DNA of 64,000 nucleotides from Octopus vulgaris (Eukaryota): the NCBI GenBank assembly GCA_951406725.2, contig OX597836.1, positions 31,062,001-31,126,000 of the forward strand, given 5' to 3'. Both the position numbers and the translations under genes were made by a program. Below the pieces are notes generated by a model. That model worked only from the letters and a program-made list of their open reading frames with translations, did not search any database and had not been told where the DNA came from. Of the stretch, positions 37,859 to 50,303 are shown piece after piece (the first letter of the stretch is position 1; every line of letters starts with the position of its first letter).

Positions 37859-38412
37859 CATCATCATCATCATCATCGTTTAGCGTCTGCTTTCCATGCT
37901 GGCATGGGGAGGACGGTTCAACTGGGGTCTGGGAAGCCAGAAGGCTGCACCAGGCCCAGTCTGGTCTGGCAATGTTTCTACGGCTGGATGCCCTTCCTAA
38001 CGCCAACCACTCCGTGAGTGTAGTGGGTGCTTTTTATGTGCCACCAGCACAGGTGCTAGACGGGGCTGGCAAACGGCCACGATCAGATGGTGCTATAATA
38101 AAAATAATAATAATAATGATAATAATAATAATAATAATAATAATAATTTATAATAGGCATGTGGCTTAGTGGTTTGGGTGTTGCACTCACAATTGCTAGT
38201 TCATGGGTTTGATTTCTGAACTAAGTGGTGCATTGTGTCCCTGAGAAAAAAACTTTTTCTCAAAGACACAATGCAACCATTTAGTTGATTTGATGGAGCA
38301 AGTGAGCTTATATGCACCACAAACATTTGGTCACAATAAACAAATCATCTGTGCAAACTTTTTAGCAAGAAATTGTAAAGCCCTCATCTGTCATCTATGA
38401 CAAGAGAGTCCA

Positions 38413-38464
<52 letters not shown>

Positions 38465-38939
38465 AGCATCGTTTAACATCTGTCTTCCATGCTGGCATGG
38501 GTGGGATATTCAGTTGCAGGATTCATTAGAACCTAGGTATTCCAATGTGTATGATACTAGGAAAGGACAAGTACTAAGCTTACAATTAAAGTTATTGTTT
38601 GCTGGTTGTATGATGTTTGTGTGCACATATACACTTACATGTCTATCTATATATATATATATGTACATATAAACAAGTGTATATATACACATAGGTAGCT
38701 GATCCATAGCAACTGTAGGTCCAACTCAGGGATGGTTTCAGAGCAGGGTATGTATAAAGAAAAACACCAGTTGGGTTCAAATTTCACAACAGCTGTTTCA
38801 GCATCATTTTATTGATGTATTCTCAGATTACATCATGGTAAAAACTCATAATCTTCAGGTGATTTTAAACAAACAGATAAGACAGAATATAAAAGTTGAC
38901 TTGCTCACCAAGATACATGGTGAGAAAGTCAACTCATAT

Positions 38940-39100
38940 CTTCTATATTTTTTCTCTTTCTGTGTTCCTTTCTGTGGAAGAGCATAGGCTCGAAACGTTG
39001 AAGACTTTTTCATTTCCCGAGCGTTATACTAATACATCTGTTTGTTGTCTTCACTACCTGTCTTCGCCTTTTGTTTTTTTGTGAATTCTCCTCATATCTT
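38940..39100 (+). mobile_element. Penelope-like remnant with degenerate hammerhead-like motif (38967-39006)
   Basis: cttt CTGtgGA a gagc atag gctc GAAACGTTg aag; core positions A6 and H17 altered. Confidence 0.45.
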
Positions 39101-39903
39101 CTATCTTACCTGTTTGTTTGTTTGTTTGTTTTTTTCCCTGATGTAATCTAAGAGTGCTTCAATAAAATGCTGCCAAAACAGCTGTTGTGAATTTTGAACC
39201 CCCGCTTGTGTTTTTCTAGATAGATAAAGAGACAAAGACAGCCAGACAGACTGACAGATACACACGCACAAAAATTTTAAGTGCTGCATTTCTACATGCA
39301 CACACACACACACATACACATACACACATGCATGCATGTAATGTACACATACGCACATGCTTTAATTACATTTCAATATGAGTGAGAAATAGAAAGTAGT
39401 TTTTCGATGTTTGAAATTAACTGCCCATCTCATGTCATGAGATGATGAAATAAATTATAATTAGCAAGGCAAGTTTATTGTGTAAGAACGAGATCCAATG
39501 ACAACATGCCATTCTAGTTCCTCAGGCATTTACTTGTCTTCTTAGCAATGCAGGCTATTCATTTGTTGTGCTGGAAACAATAATATAGTCTCATGATGTT
39601 TTAAACATTGTTTTGTTGTTTATGATCAAAGGCTTTCTTCCTGTGGTCCGCCCATTCTAATTTTTAAACAATAGTGTATCAAGGATTATAAAACCCAGTG
39701 CCATTTCCTTCTTAAGTCTTCGCTGTTCTTCAATACATGTGCACATCCATGTCTGTTTATCTGTTTCTCTCTCTCTCTCTCACATGATAACATGTATATA
39801 TTATGGTGCTGGCGCAGAAAGATTTATGTTGCAAGAGAGCAGAACAGAGATATTAAATGTAGAGAAGATGCAAAAGGAGAAAAGAAAGAGATTTAACAAG
39901 GCT

Positions 39904-40278
39904 GTTCTACATTTAAGAGATGAGGAATTATGTACATTATTTACATTATTTACATTATTTACATTATTTACATTCGACGGATATTTGTCCTCATCTTGTT
40001 TGTTGTTAACACAACGTTTCGGCTGATATACCCTCCAGTCTTCTTCAGGTGTCTTGGGGGAAATTTTGAACCTGGATTCTTATTCCTAAGGTGTTTTTTG
40101 ATGCTATTATTATTATTATTATTATTATTATTATCATTATTATTGTTATTGTTCAGGTCACTGGTTGGAATCGAACTCAGAATCTTGGGGTTAGTAGCCT
40201 GCGCTCTTAACCACTATGCCATATACCCATGGGCATATGATGAGGACAAATATACGTCGAATGTTAATAATGTAAATA
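39904..40278 (-). mobile_element. tRNA-headed non-autonomous retroelement with hammerhead and Penelope-style inverted end
   Basis: tRNA-like head 40152-40229, HHR 40008-40053, inverted repeat 39955-39995/40238-40280, flanking direct repeat atttaacaaggct. Confidence 0.7.
40008..40053 (-). ncRNA. Minimal type I hammerhead ribozyme, core intact
   Basis: gacac CTGAAGA a gactg-gagggtatat-cagcc GAAACGTT gtgtt; palindromic ACGT stem III, GUU site, one stem II mismatch. Confidence 0.7.
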
Positions 40279-41759
40279 ATTTAACAAGGCTTCTCCACTG
40301 GATGGGTCTTGTTAAGTGTGTGTGAACAACAGAGCCCAAAAGAGCTAAGAGAAAATAAATTAATAAAAAAACTGGGTATGAGAAGAATTTAATGCAGTGT
40401 ACAAGAGAAAAGAAATGTAATAGGTCTTTATGGATATGTGGTGCATATGGACGAAGACAGATGGGTAAAGAAATGCTAAGTGATTCAAACACCATATTTT
40501 CAAGCATACAAGTCAAATTTTTCAGACCAAAATTATGAGAAAAAAAAAAATGTAAAGAATGTAGGTCATCTTATTCACTAAGATGACTTTAGAGGACCGA
40601 AAAGTCCATGTGAAATGCTGTAGGATTTGGAAAGATTGTGATGATGTTTGAATGCTTATACTACATGTTTACACTGTACACTATGTTAACTTGTATGCTT
40701 GAAAATACAATGGAAAGAACCTGTGAAAGAAGAGCAACAAGACTTAGGAAGAAGTCGGGGAAGCTGATGTATTTGTGTGTATGTACACACACACACACAT
40801 ATATATATTTATATATATATGTGCATTTAATACATAAATAGGTCTAGCCGATAGTGTTACAGTACTAAACTTAGTGGCTATATAAGCAATAGCTGAAGAA
40901 GGAGCTATAACTCCTGAAATTTGCATATACACCCATTATTTTTCTATTATGTCACCTCAATCAAAGCTTCCCTAGGATGAATTAAACTTAACTAGAGTTT
41001 GTGGCCAAATGAGAACTGACACCTCTCATTTAGTTTGGAAATGACAATAGATTACATTACTGTTTTCTTCTGGAGATCTGGCATTTCAGTGTGATTATGC
41101 AGTCAACTACATAATGATTGCTACACAATGTACTAATATTTACTAGTGGAACACATGTAAAGGTTATGCTATATATTTATCCACACTTAAACATCGATGT
41201 TGTATTAGAACAAGCTATACTGCAGTAGTTACCATGAGAAAAAATTCATATTGGCTTATAGGTGCAAAATGCACTCTTGTTTATATTGCTAGTCGATGAA
41301 TTTTTCTCATGGAAACTACCAAAGTATAGCTTGTTCTATATTTATGTGGGGATAAATATTATCTCTGAATATTAATAGTCCTTCTGAATGCTTTATTGAT
41401 ATCTGTCATCCCTTTCTTCATCGTCGTCGTCGTCGTCGTCGTCTTCTTCTTCTTCTTCTTCTTCTTCTTCTTCTTCTTCTTCTTCTTCTTCTTCTTCTTC
41501 TTCTTCTTCTTCTTCTTCTTCTTCTTCTTCTTCTTCTTCTTCTTCTTCTTCTTCTTCTTCTTCTTCTTCTTCTTCGCACACACACACACATTGTTGGTTA
41601 GTTGTCCATAAGTTTGTTAAGAAGCACACACTAAGAGAGAAATTAAGTGATTATTGCTAAGTGCAATAGTCGACACAGAACTGTCACTAACTTCCTGTCC
41701 GTAATCAGGAATATACTGCTCAACAATATAAAAGTCGATTATATATACATTTATGTATA

Positions 41760-41880
<121 letters not shown>

Positions 41881-42074
41881 GTGTGTGTATATATACATAT
41901 ATATTTTATCTTTTACTTGTTTCAATTATTGGACTGTGGCCATGCTGGAGCATCACCTTAATAGGTTTAGTCAAACAAATTGATGCCAGTACTTTCTATC
42001 AGTTATGGGAGACACACACACACACACACACACACATACTTGTTTGTATGTACATACGTACATATATATGATGG

Positions 42075-42620
42075 GCTTCTTGCAGTAAATATGCAGTAAA
42101 TAAAAAGGACATTCCTGTTGAACAAAGATTATCCTTTTGGCAGCAGAAACCTACATCTATAATGACGTGGGTGTGTGTGACCTCAAATGGCAAGAAAATC
42201 CCTCCAATCATCATGGAAGAGGATGTAAAAATGAACCAATATGTTTATTTGGACATGTTAAAGTAGTCTAATGGGTTATTGTAACTAATGGGGGACAAAA
42301 GTGTAACTCTCCAACAAGATGGCACAACATCTCATTATGGTTAAGTCTAAGAATGGTGTCAAGAGAATTTCAAAGTGTTCTGGTCAAAAGAGTTCTGACC
42401 CCTCTCTTCACCCGACCTGAATCTGATGGACTTTGGTATATGGTCTGTCCTTGAGAGCAAAGCCTGTGCTAATTCCCATTTGAGTCTTAGAGCTTTTGAG
42501 TACCATTTGCGAGAATTCTGGGATGAAATCTCTGAAGAGACTGTTCGTGCTACTTGCTCCCAAGCTGTTCTCAGACTCTGGCAGGCAGTCTCTGTTACAA
42601 GTGGATATATTGAAAATTAA
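42075..42620 (+). mobile_element. Degenerate Tc1/mariner (maT/DD37D-like) transposase fragment
   Basis: SIMTWVCVTSNGK..., LQQDG..., PLSSPDLNLMDFGIWSVLESKAC...GYIEN* with stops and frameshifts. Confidence 0.75.
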
Positions 42621-42795
42621 ATATATCATCTTAAACTACCTTTTGTGGGCTTTATTTGAGCATATTTAAATTCAATATATCATTTTGTATCAAGATGTTA
42701 TTTGAATAAATGTACATCTACATTTTGCCTGAGCACTCTGTATGTATGAATGTATGTGTGTGTGTATGTATGTATGTATGTGTGTGTGTGTGTGT

Positions 42796-42832
<37 letters not shown>

Positions 42833-42875
42833 CACATATTTTCATTGAAGGAAATAAATATGTATGTACACGTGC

Positions 42876-42911
<36 letters not shown>

Positions 42912-43580
42912 TTTTTATTTATACCCATATAAAATATTACTTTCGGAAGAATACTAAAAGTGTGTCTTATTGATTTCGTTGTTGTGTTAGAAAGCCATTC
43001 TGTTCATGTCACTAGTTTGAGCTCGGAACTTTTTCAGTAAGCAACTCTTTGAAGCATTTCCCAGCTGTTGCCGTCTTTAGACATCCATCTTTACACTATA
43101 TTAAAATTTCTTAACTCTTATTTTCTAAATTTACATGGAAATCACTTTTTCTTTTTTTTTTTTGCATCATGCCCGTCACTTAGCGGTTTGGCAAAAGAGA
43201 CCGATAGAATAAGTACTGGGCTTACAAAGAATAAGTCCCGGGGTCGAGTTGCTCAATTAAAGGCGGTGCTCCAGCATGGCCGCAGTCAAATGACTGAAAC
43301 AAGTAAAAGAGTAAAAGAGTATAAAGAGTATGCCTGCCCCAACAACTTGACAGCCGGTATTGGTTTGTTTATGTCCCCTATAATTTAGCACTTTGGTAAA
43401 AAGAGATGAATAGGAAAACTACCAAACTTTAAAAAAACAAACAAACACAAACTGAAATACTAGGGTGGATTTGTTCAAGTAAAATCCTTCAAGGTAGTGC
43501 CCCAGCATGGAAATGGCTATATTACTTGGAAATGGCTATATTTTCTGGCAAGCAAATTGACATTGTGTAAAAAGTAAACG

Positions 43581-43740
43581 AGGAGTGGCTGTGTGGTAAG
43601 TAACTTGCTTACCAACCACATGGTTCCGGGTTCAGTCCCACTGCGTGGCATCTTGGGCAAGTGTCTTCTGCTATAGCCCCGGGCCGACCAATGCCTTGTG
43701 AGTCGATTTGGTAGACGGAAACTGAAAGAAGCCTGTCGTA

Positions 43741-43785
<45 letters not shown>

Positions 43786-44008
43786 TTGTGTGTGTGTGTC
43801 TGTGTTTGTTCCCCTAGCATTGCTAGACAACCGATGCTGGTGTGTTTACGTCCCCGTCACTTAGCGGTTCGGCAAATGAGACCGATAGAATAAGTACTGG
43901 GCTTACAAAGAATAAGTCCCGGGGTCGAGTTGCTCAACTAAAGGCGGTGCTCCAGCATGGCCGCAGTCAAATGACTGAAACAAGTAAAAGAATAAAAGAA
44001 TAAAAGAA
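43581..44008 (+). mobile_element. tRNA-derived SINE (11564 family), young copy
   Basis: Near-identical to 11564 and 14339. Confidence 0.85.
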
Positions 44009-44780
44009 TTCAAACTTCGTCATTATCTTTTCAAATGCTGCTGCTTTTCGCATGGAACTTTTGGTCCTCCAGAGTTGTTTTGATGTATAGGTTGGCTTAT
44101 TTATGTTTGTCAAAACCAACAATGTTTGTCACTGTTGGAAAGCCTTTAATCACAGGTCTATTCAGTCAGAGCTGATCTGAGGCTAAATAATGCACTGTTA
44201 CTAAGAATAATAGCCACACTAACACCACTAGCAACAACAACAATAACAACATGAACACTAGCACTAAGCTGACGAGGGATTTTTAATGCAGTGACCTGAC
44301 CTGCTAGAAATAGCAACCAAAATTTCTCTCATAGCACACGTATGTCCTACTAACTTACTACAGGGAAGACATATTTAACTTTGAAATCTTTATATAGTGT
44401 GTTGTGAAACAGATAGGATGGTCGTGGTTTGGAATGCCAGCGGCCATAGGCTACTCAATCACTGCTGACGTGGGAGCTAAACAATGTTCAGAAGATGTAC
44501 ATTTTTTTAAACATGCATAGACACAGACATCACACACACACACACACACACACAGGTATTGACAGATGTCACCAAATGTTCAGTTATGTATGCATCAATA
44601 AATAACCTCACTCTCATAGCTATTGATCTGTTGGTATTGATCAGAAGTCAAATCAGTTTTACCAGTCCAGAAAGAGAGGAGACAAGTTTTCAAAAGTTCT
44701 CATATTCACTATTGTTCCCACCACCAGACCATACACATGAACGGTTTAACTATTGTGACATGGTGTGCCTCTTATTTTAG

Positions 44781-44866
44781 GGAGCTGGCTAAGCAGGAAG
44801 CTAAGTACTACAAAATTATGAGCAAGTACCTGATCATTTTGAAGAATTTGGAAAAAGTCTCTGAAG
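44781..44866 (+). CDS. TBC1D2B: TBC1D2B-like exon: ELAKQEAKYYKIMSKYLIILKNLEKVSE
   Basis: ttttag acceptor, gtcagt donor, phase 2-1; EAK..SKYLI.L motif as recalled for TBC1D2B. Confidence 0.9.
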
Positions 44867-46293
44867 GTCAGTTGCGATACATTTTGAATTTGATTTTTGC
44901 TTTCATTGTTATTATTTTTCATATTTTAGGTCAGTGGTTCCCAACCTGTGGTCTGCAGACCCCTGGTGGTCTGCAAAGGTAGTACTGGGGGTCCGTGAAC
45001 TAAATTCAAAATATCATATATATGTATATATATTCTTTTGTTTTTCGTTTATTCTTTTACTTGTTTCAGTCATTTGGCTGTGGCCATGCTGGAGCACCGC
45101 CTTTAGTCGAACAAATCTTCTTCTTCTTCCTCTCCTCCTCCTCCTCTCATATCAAGATATACAGTACATGACCTTGCAGGTGGGGCCCAGTTAGAATTTT
45201 CTTCTGGTCGAGTAACCCATCCTGCTCAAAAGGTCCCTGAATAAGGGTTGTTTAAGGATGTTGAAAACAAAATACCCGTGTTTCCAGAGGTGAATTATTC
45301 AAACCCCAAAGAATTCCTCTCAACACATGGCTATGATGCTCCATCACTACTTCTGCTCGTGGTCAGAGATGCACATATCGTCAGCCACTAAGGGACATGT
45401 TCAACTGGTTAAGGTCAAACAACTGACAAGTAAATCTGTGGTATTGAGCAGAATATTTGCTGAAGCCCATCTTTTATTATTATTATTAATATTATTATTA
45501 TTATTATTATTAAGGCGGTGAGCTGGCAGAATTGTTAGCACGCCAGGCAAAATGCTTAGTGGCATTTTGCCCATCTTTACATTCTGAGTTCAAATTATGC
45601 TGAGAATGACCTTTGCCTCTCATCCTTTCAGGGTCAATAGAATAATTACCAGTGGATGTAATTGATTTACCCACTCCCTCAAATTTACTGATCTTGTGTC
45701 AAAATTTGAAATCATAAATATATATATATATATGACAGTGAACTTTCCACTTGATGCTCAAAAACATATGTCAGGGCTTCTTGACAAGTTTTGACATGTT
45801 GCGCAATCGTTTTTTTTACAGAAGGCTCATTCAAACGGTGTCATTTGTCACCTTTTTTTCTAGTTCTTTGCGTAAACATGTCAAGGCTGTTCATTGTTCC
45901 ATTAATGGGGAGATTATTGCCTTGTATTGCTTAGAAACAGATGTGGGGTTTGCATCAAGATAAAGGCATCTGAGATAAAGCATCACGATAAAGTTCCACT
46001 CCAACATACCCTCGGTCACTGTCTCAAGCAACCATGGGAAAGTAGACACTAATCTCCCCTCACATGAAACTATCCACCTTCCCTTTTCCTCTGACCCTTT
46101 TCCTCTGATTCTGACCGTTATGACCATTATCCTCTCTTATGCTCACCAGCCTCAAGAGTTTGCTCTGGCACATCATCACTACCATCTTTCTTCTTCGTCT
46201 TTATCTTCCCAGTTAGGGAAGCCATGTATCTCCTCTATAGCAAGGCACCTGTGCTTCTTTGCTTCATTAATGCTTTCTTTACTTACCTGACAG

Positions 46294-46393
46294 GTGGCAA
46301 GGAAGATAATAAACCGGAGGTTGTCCGACAACTCCTGAATGAAGTCCTTGATTCTGAGTCCAATTTCAAAGGAGATTTTGCATATTCCCCAAC
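46294..46393 (+). CDS. TBC1D2B: TBC1D2B-like exon: GKEDNKPEVVRQLLNEVLDSESNFKGDFAYSP
   Basis: tgacag acceptor, gtaagt donor, phase 1-2 bridges the flanking exons; EVxxQLL motif; frame not in ORF track. Confidence 0.85.
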
Positions 46394-46964
46394 GTAAGTA
46401 AAGCAACACAAAAAAAAAAAAATGGGAAAAAAATCCCTTTTCAATTGTTTTATTAATAATTTTTTTTAAAAAGCCCAATTTTTATAAAAGTAATATTTTG
46501 TTTGATTAACTCCTTGTTAAGTGTTTCCAGTGTTGTTGTTGTTGGTGGTAGTGGTTGTTGTTGGTTGTTGTTGTTGTTGTTGTTGTTGTTCCTCCCATCT
46601 AGGCTTTGATTGAACAGACATATCATCGAAGGTGTTCAAGCTGTGACCTATAATATCTAGGACTGCATTAGCATATGTTTCTTTTTCTTCTGGCCAAAAT
46701 TTTCATCGAATTCCACACCATCATCTTAAAGGTTGGGTGCGATTTGAGCAAAAATTTAGCTGTTATTACTAGCAGGTCATCGAGCAACCATATAATGGCA
46801 TCCTCTTTGTTTTGAATGCTTGCACCTGTATAAACCTTTGGTATAATGGTAGCCAGCCAAATATGGAGATACTCCACAGGTCTTATACATTGAATATGAC
46901 CTTCTTCAGTCCCTGCAAAGCAGTGTTCATCAAACATGTATTAGAATTGAAGAAAATTAATGAT

Positions 46965-47825
46965 GGTCTCTGTTGGTAAGGAGACTAGTTGCTAGGGGAC
47001 TAATGGTGGGTGGTGGCTAGAATACAAGTAGTGGTTTGAGTTGGCTAAGAGACCAGCACTGGTCTATGTTTGCTAGAAGCTTTTAGCTGTTTGTGTTGGT
47101 TAGGAAGCCAGTACTTGTCTGAGTTGGCTAAGGAACTAGCCATAGTGTCTGTCAGCCAAAAGACCATTGACAGCTTGTGTAGGCTAGAACACTATTGATA
47201 CTATTGGCAGTTTGTGTAGGCTAGGAGAGAAGTAGTGTTCTGTGTTGAAAGGAGGTTAGTGTAGTCTCAGTTGGCTAAGAGACGAGCAGTAGTCTTCTAC
47301 TTTAGCTAAGAGACTAGAGTAGTTTGCATTGGTTAGAAGACCAGTGGTCTGTGTTGGCTAAGAGTGTAGTGTAGTCTGTATTAGTTAGGAAACCAGAGTT
47401 GTCTACATTGGCTAGGAGACTAATGTTCTGTGTTAGCTAGGAGACTAGTGTAGTCTGTGTTGGCTAGAATGTTAGTAGTTTGTGTTGGCTAGGTGACTAG
47501 TGGTGCTCTGTGTTGGCATGGAGACTAGTGTAGTTTGTGTTGGCTAGGAGACTAGACGTGGTCTGTGTTGGCTAGGTGACTATTGGTAACCTTTGGCTAG
47601 GAGACAATTAGAAGTAGCCTGTGTTGGCTAGGAGTGGTTAGTGTTGCCTAAAATGTTAGTAGTTTGTGAGACTAAGAGACTAGTAGTTGTCTCTATTGGC
47701 TAAGAACTAGTTACAGTCTTTCTTGGTAGTTTGTGTAGGTTACAAAACTAGTAGCAGTCTGTATTGGCTTAAAAATTTGTAGTGATCCCCATTAGTGAGG
47801 ATACTAATAATGGTCTGTGTTGACA
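46965..47825. repeat. Degenerate ~30-bp minisatellite (gtctgtgttggctaggagactagt...)
   Basis: Recurring ttggctag/gagactag motif. Confidence 0.75.
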
Positions 47826-48397
47826 AAGCAGCAGACAATCAACATCCCCACAAAATGAAGTATTCTAGTGTGCTGTAGTGTAGGCCTATACTGTTTAGTG
47901 TCAGTGGAGTGATGTAGCATTTAGTTGCATGGATTGTAGTACTTTTATTTTTTACTTGTTTCAGTCATTGGACTGTGGCCATGCTGGAGCAGTGCCTTAG
48001 AAGGCTTTAGTTGAACAAATCAATCCTAGTATTTTTTTTTAAGTGTAATATTTATTCTAGTGGTCTCTTTTTTTTTGCCAAACTGCTTGGTAACAGGGAC
48101 ATGAACAAAACAACATCGGTTGCCAAGCAGTGGTGGGGAAACAAACATAAACACACACACACACAGTTGTGTAGCTAGGGTAAACTGCGCCTGGTGTAAG
48201 CAGCAAAAATGGACCCACCACCACCACCAACTACAAAATCCATGATATTATAAAGTACTTATTTGTTACAAGTAATTAATGTTTTAAAGCAATATTTTTG
48301 GAATAAATACCTTACCATGTTGTTGTTGCTGCTGCTGATGATGATGGTGATATTGTTGGCGATGTTGTTGTTGCTGCTGCTGCTGTTGTTGTTGTTG

Positions 48398-48775
48398 TTA
48401 AGCAACAAGATGGGTAAGGGTGATTAGGAGATAGTCTAGGGCTTAGGGGCAGGAGACCCCAGACCTTGCAAAAAAGAAAAATTTGGTCATCTTGTTGTAG
48501 TCTAGGGCTCTTCGTTGATGCCCGACACCACTGAGAGGTGGCCCTTGAAGTCACTGGAAATGGAGATCTCCAGGTCCAAATTCTTGAACTGCTGCTGTTG
48601 CTGTTGAGAGAACGGTCTTCGTCCCAGAGCTCGCAAGATGGGAGAAGTCCAAAATGTGGTCCTTTGCTATTCGTAAGACCCGCAGAAGAGAAAGCAGGTC
48701 AACCCCCGACACCGAGAGCATCGACGGATGGATGAATGCGCATCCAGGCTCAGCGGTTGCGTAGGAAGTCGGGGT
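48398..48775. repeat. Dispersed GC-richer repeat; first half also at 10537-10730
   Basis: Shared block ttaagca.caagatg...ggagatctccaggtccaaattcttg. Confidence 0.65.
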
Positions 48776-48984
48776 ACTGCTGCTGTTGCAGCTGTTGCTG
48801 TTGTCTAGCCGATCCATATTAGCTCTTTGAAGACTTATGATCAAAGGTGTTCAAGCATTGATCATCTTGTCCTTGGCTTTGATGTATAATCTATCTGAGT
48901 TTACATTGCCCTGATTTATATGTCTCCCCTTCATTTAAGGGAGATTTAGGTGATATCTCTAGTACATTCAGAGAGCCTGTAGAG

Positions 48985-49187
48985 CAGTGCTTTTCAACTT
49001 TTTTGCTGGAGCGGAACCCCAAGGAAACATTCCACTGGCTCGAGGAACCCGTATGCAATAATTTAATAGTCTTATGCACACATATGCACACACAGGAGAA
49101 TTAAAAATTACTGCCGATTTTAGCAGTTTTGTAACTTCTTGCGGAACCCCTGAACTGTACTGGCGGAACCCCGGTTGAAAACCACTG
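48985..49187. mobile_element. hAT (Charlie-like) MITE
   Basis: CAGTG..TTTTCAAC TIRs, 8-bp TSD ctgtagag; second copy at 50103-50303. Confidence 0.88.
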
Positions 49188-49533
49188 CTGTAGAGATTAC
49201 CTTGGACAACCACATAGGAGGATGTGTGTATGTGTGTTGTGTGTGTGCATATGTGTATGTGTGTGTGTGTTTACACTGTTGTTTCTCTTTGTTCATCGGT
49301 TGGATTGACCTGTTCAACACAAGGTTTGAATTGAATGTAGCTCTTGGTATTATAGTATATTGCCTACAGTTTCTTCTGTATTTGTTCATATGTCTCCAAT
49401 CTAGATCACTGAAGCACAGCTGAAGTAACTGTGTCAACGATTAAAATATAGATCCGTGACAAAAGACTGTGATACTCTGAAGTATAAAGTCATTGACCTG
49501 ATCGTGATCATAGAATTATGACAAATGAATTTA

Positions 49534-50098
49534 TTGGGTTGTCTGGAAAGTTCATGCCGATTTTTAAAGGAAATAAAATGGTCAATAAATACTTGCCATT
49601 ACATTTTTAATCGACCAAATATGAACCATTTTGTTGCACAATGCGTCTCCATCTTTCCTTTAACTTGAAAATACCCTGTTCCTAGAACTGAGGTGGTTTC
49701 ATGGCAAAGAATTCATCAAGATATCTTTTTACATTATCCAAGGAATTGAAATTTTTACCATTAAGACTATTCTGTAGAGACCTGAATAAGTGGAATCCGA
49801 AGGAGCAATATCTGGTGAATATGGAGGGTGGGGTAACACATCCCAGCTGAGCTGCAGCAATTTTTGTTTGGTTCCCAAAGCATTAAGTGCCGAAAATGAA
49901 CTTTCTTATCTTCCATTTTAAAGGGTTACAGAATTAACACAGGTTATAGGAACATAATCCTTCTTCCACGAAAAGATAGCTTAAACTGTGCTCTAAATGG
50001 AGGTGTAGGCAAATCCTATTCTATGGACTCAACCATGTTCTAAAATAAGTCGAAAGGTAAGCTACTATAAATCGGCACAAACTTTCTGGACGACCCAA
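49534..50098 (-). mobile_element. Internally deleted mariner transposon, copy 2
   Basis: Same TIRs, TA TSD and deletion as 29172-29737. Confidence 0.92.
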
Positions 50099-50102
50099 TA
50101 AT

Positions 50103-50303
50103 CAGTGCTTTTCAAACTTTTTGCTGGAACGGAACCCCAAGAAAACATTTCACTGGCTCGAGGAACCCCTGTGCAATAATTTAATAGTCTTATGCACACA
50201 TATCTGCACAGGAGACTTAAAAATTACTGTTGATTTTAGCAGTTTTGTAACTTCTTGCGGAACCCCTGAACTGTACTGGCGGAACCCTGGTTGAAAACCA
50301 CTG
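50103..50303. mobile_element. hAT MITE, copy 2
   Basis: Near-identical to 48985-49187. Confidence 0.85.

Noticed and set aside
40152-40229. Possible tRNA gene (also the heads at 24458, 34527 and 11564)
   Set aside because: No clean acceptor stem or T-run terminator; these are heads of repeated elements
40485-40712. Inverted-repeat element with a faint hammerhead-like string (tcac taagatga...cgaaa agtc catgtga)
   Set aside because: Core and stems too degenerate to call
41650-41740. ctgatta-containing segment next to (TA)n, possible ribozyme remnant
   Set aside because: No GAAA/NUH partner or consistent stems
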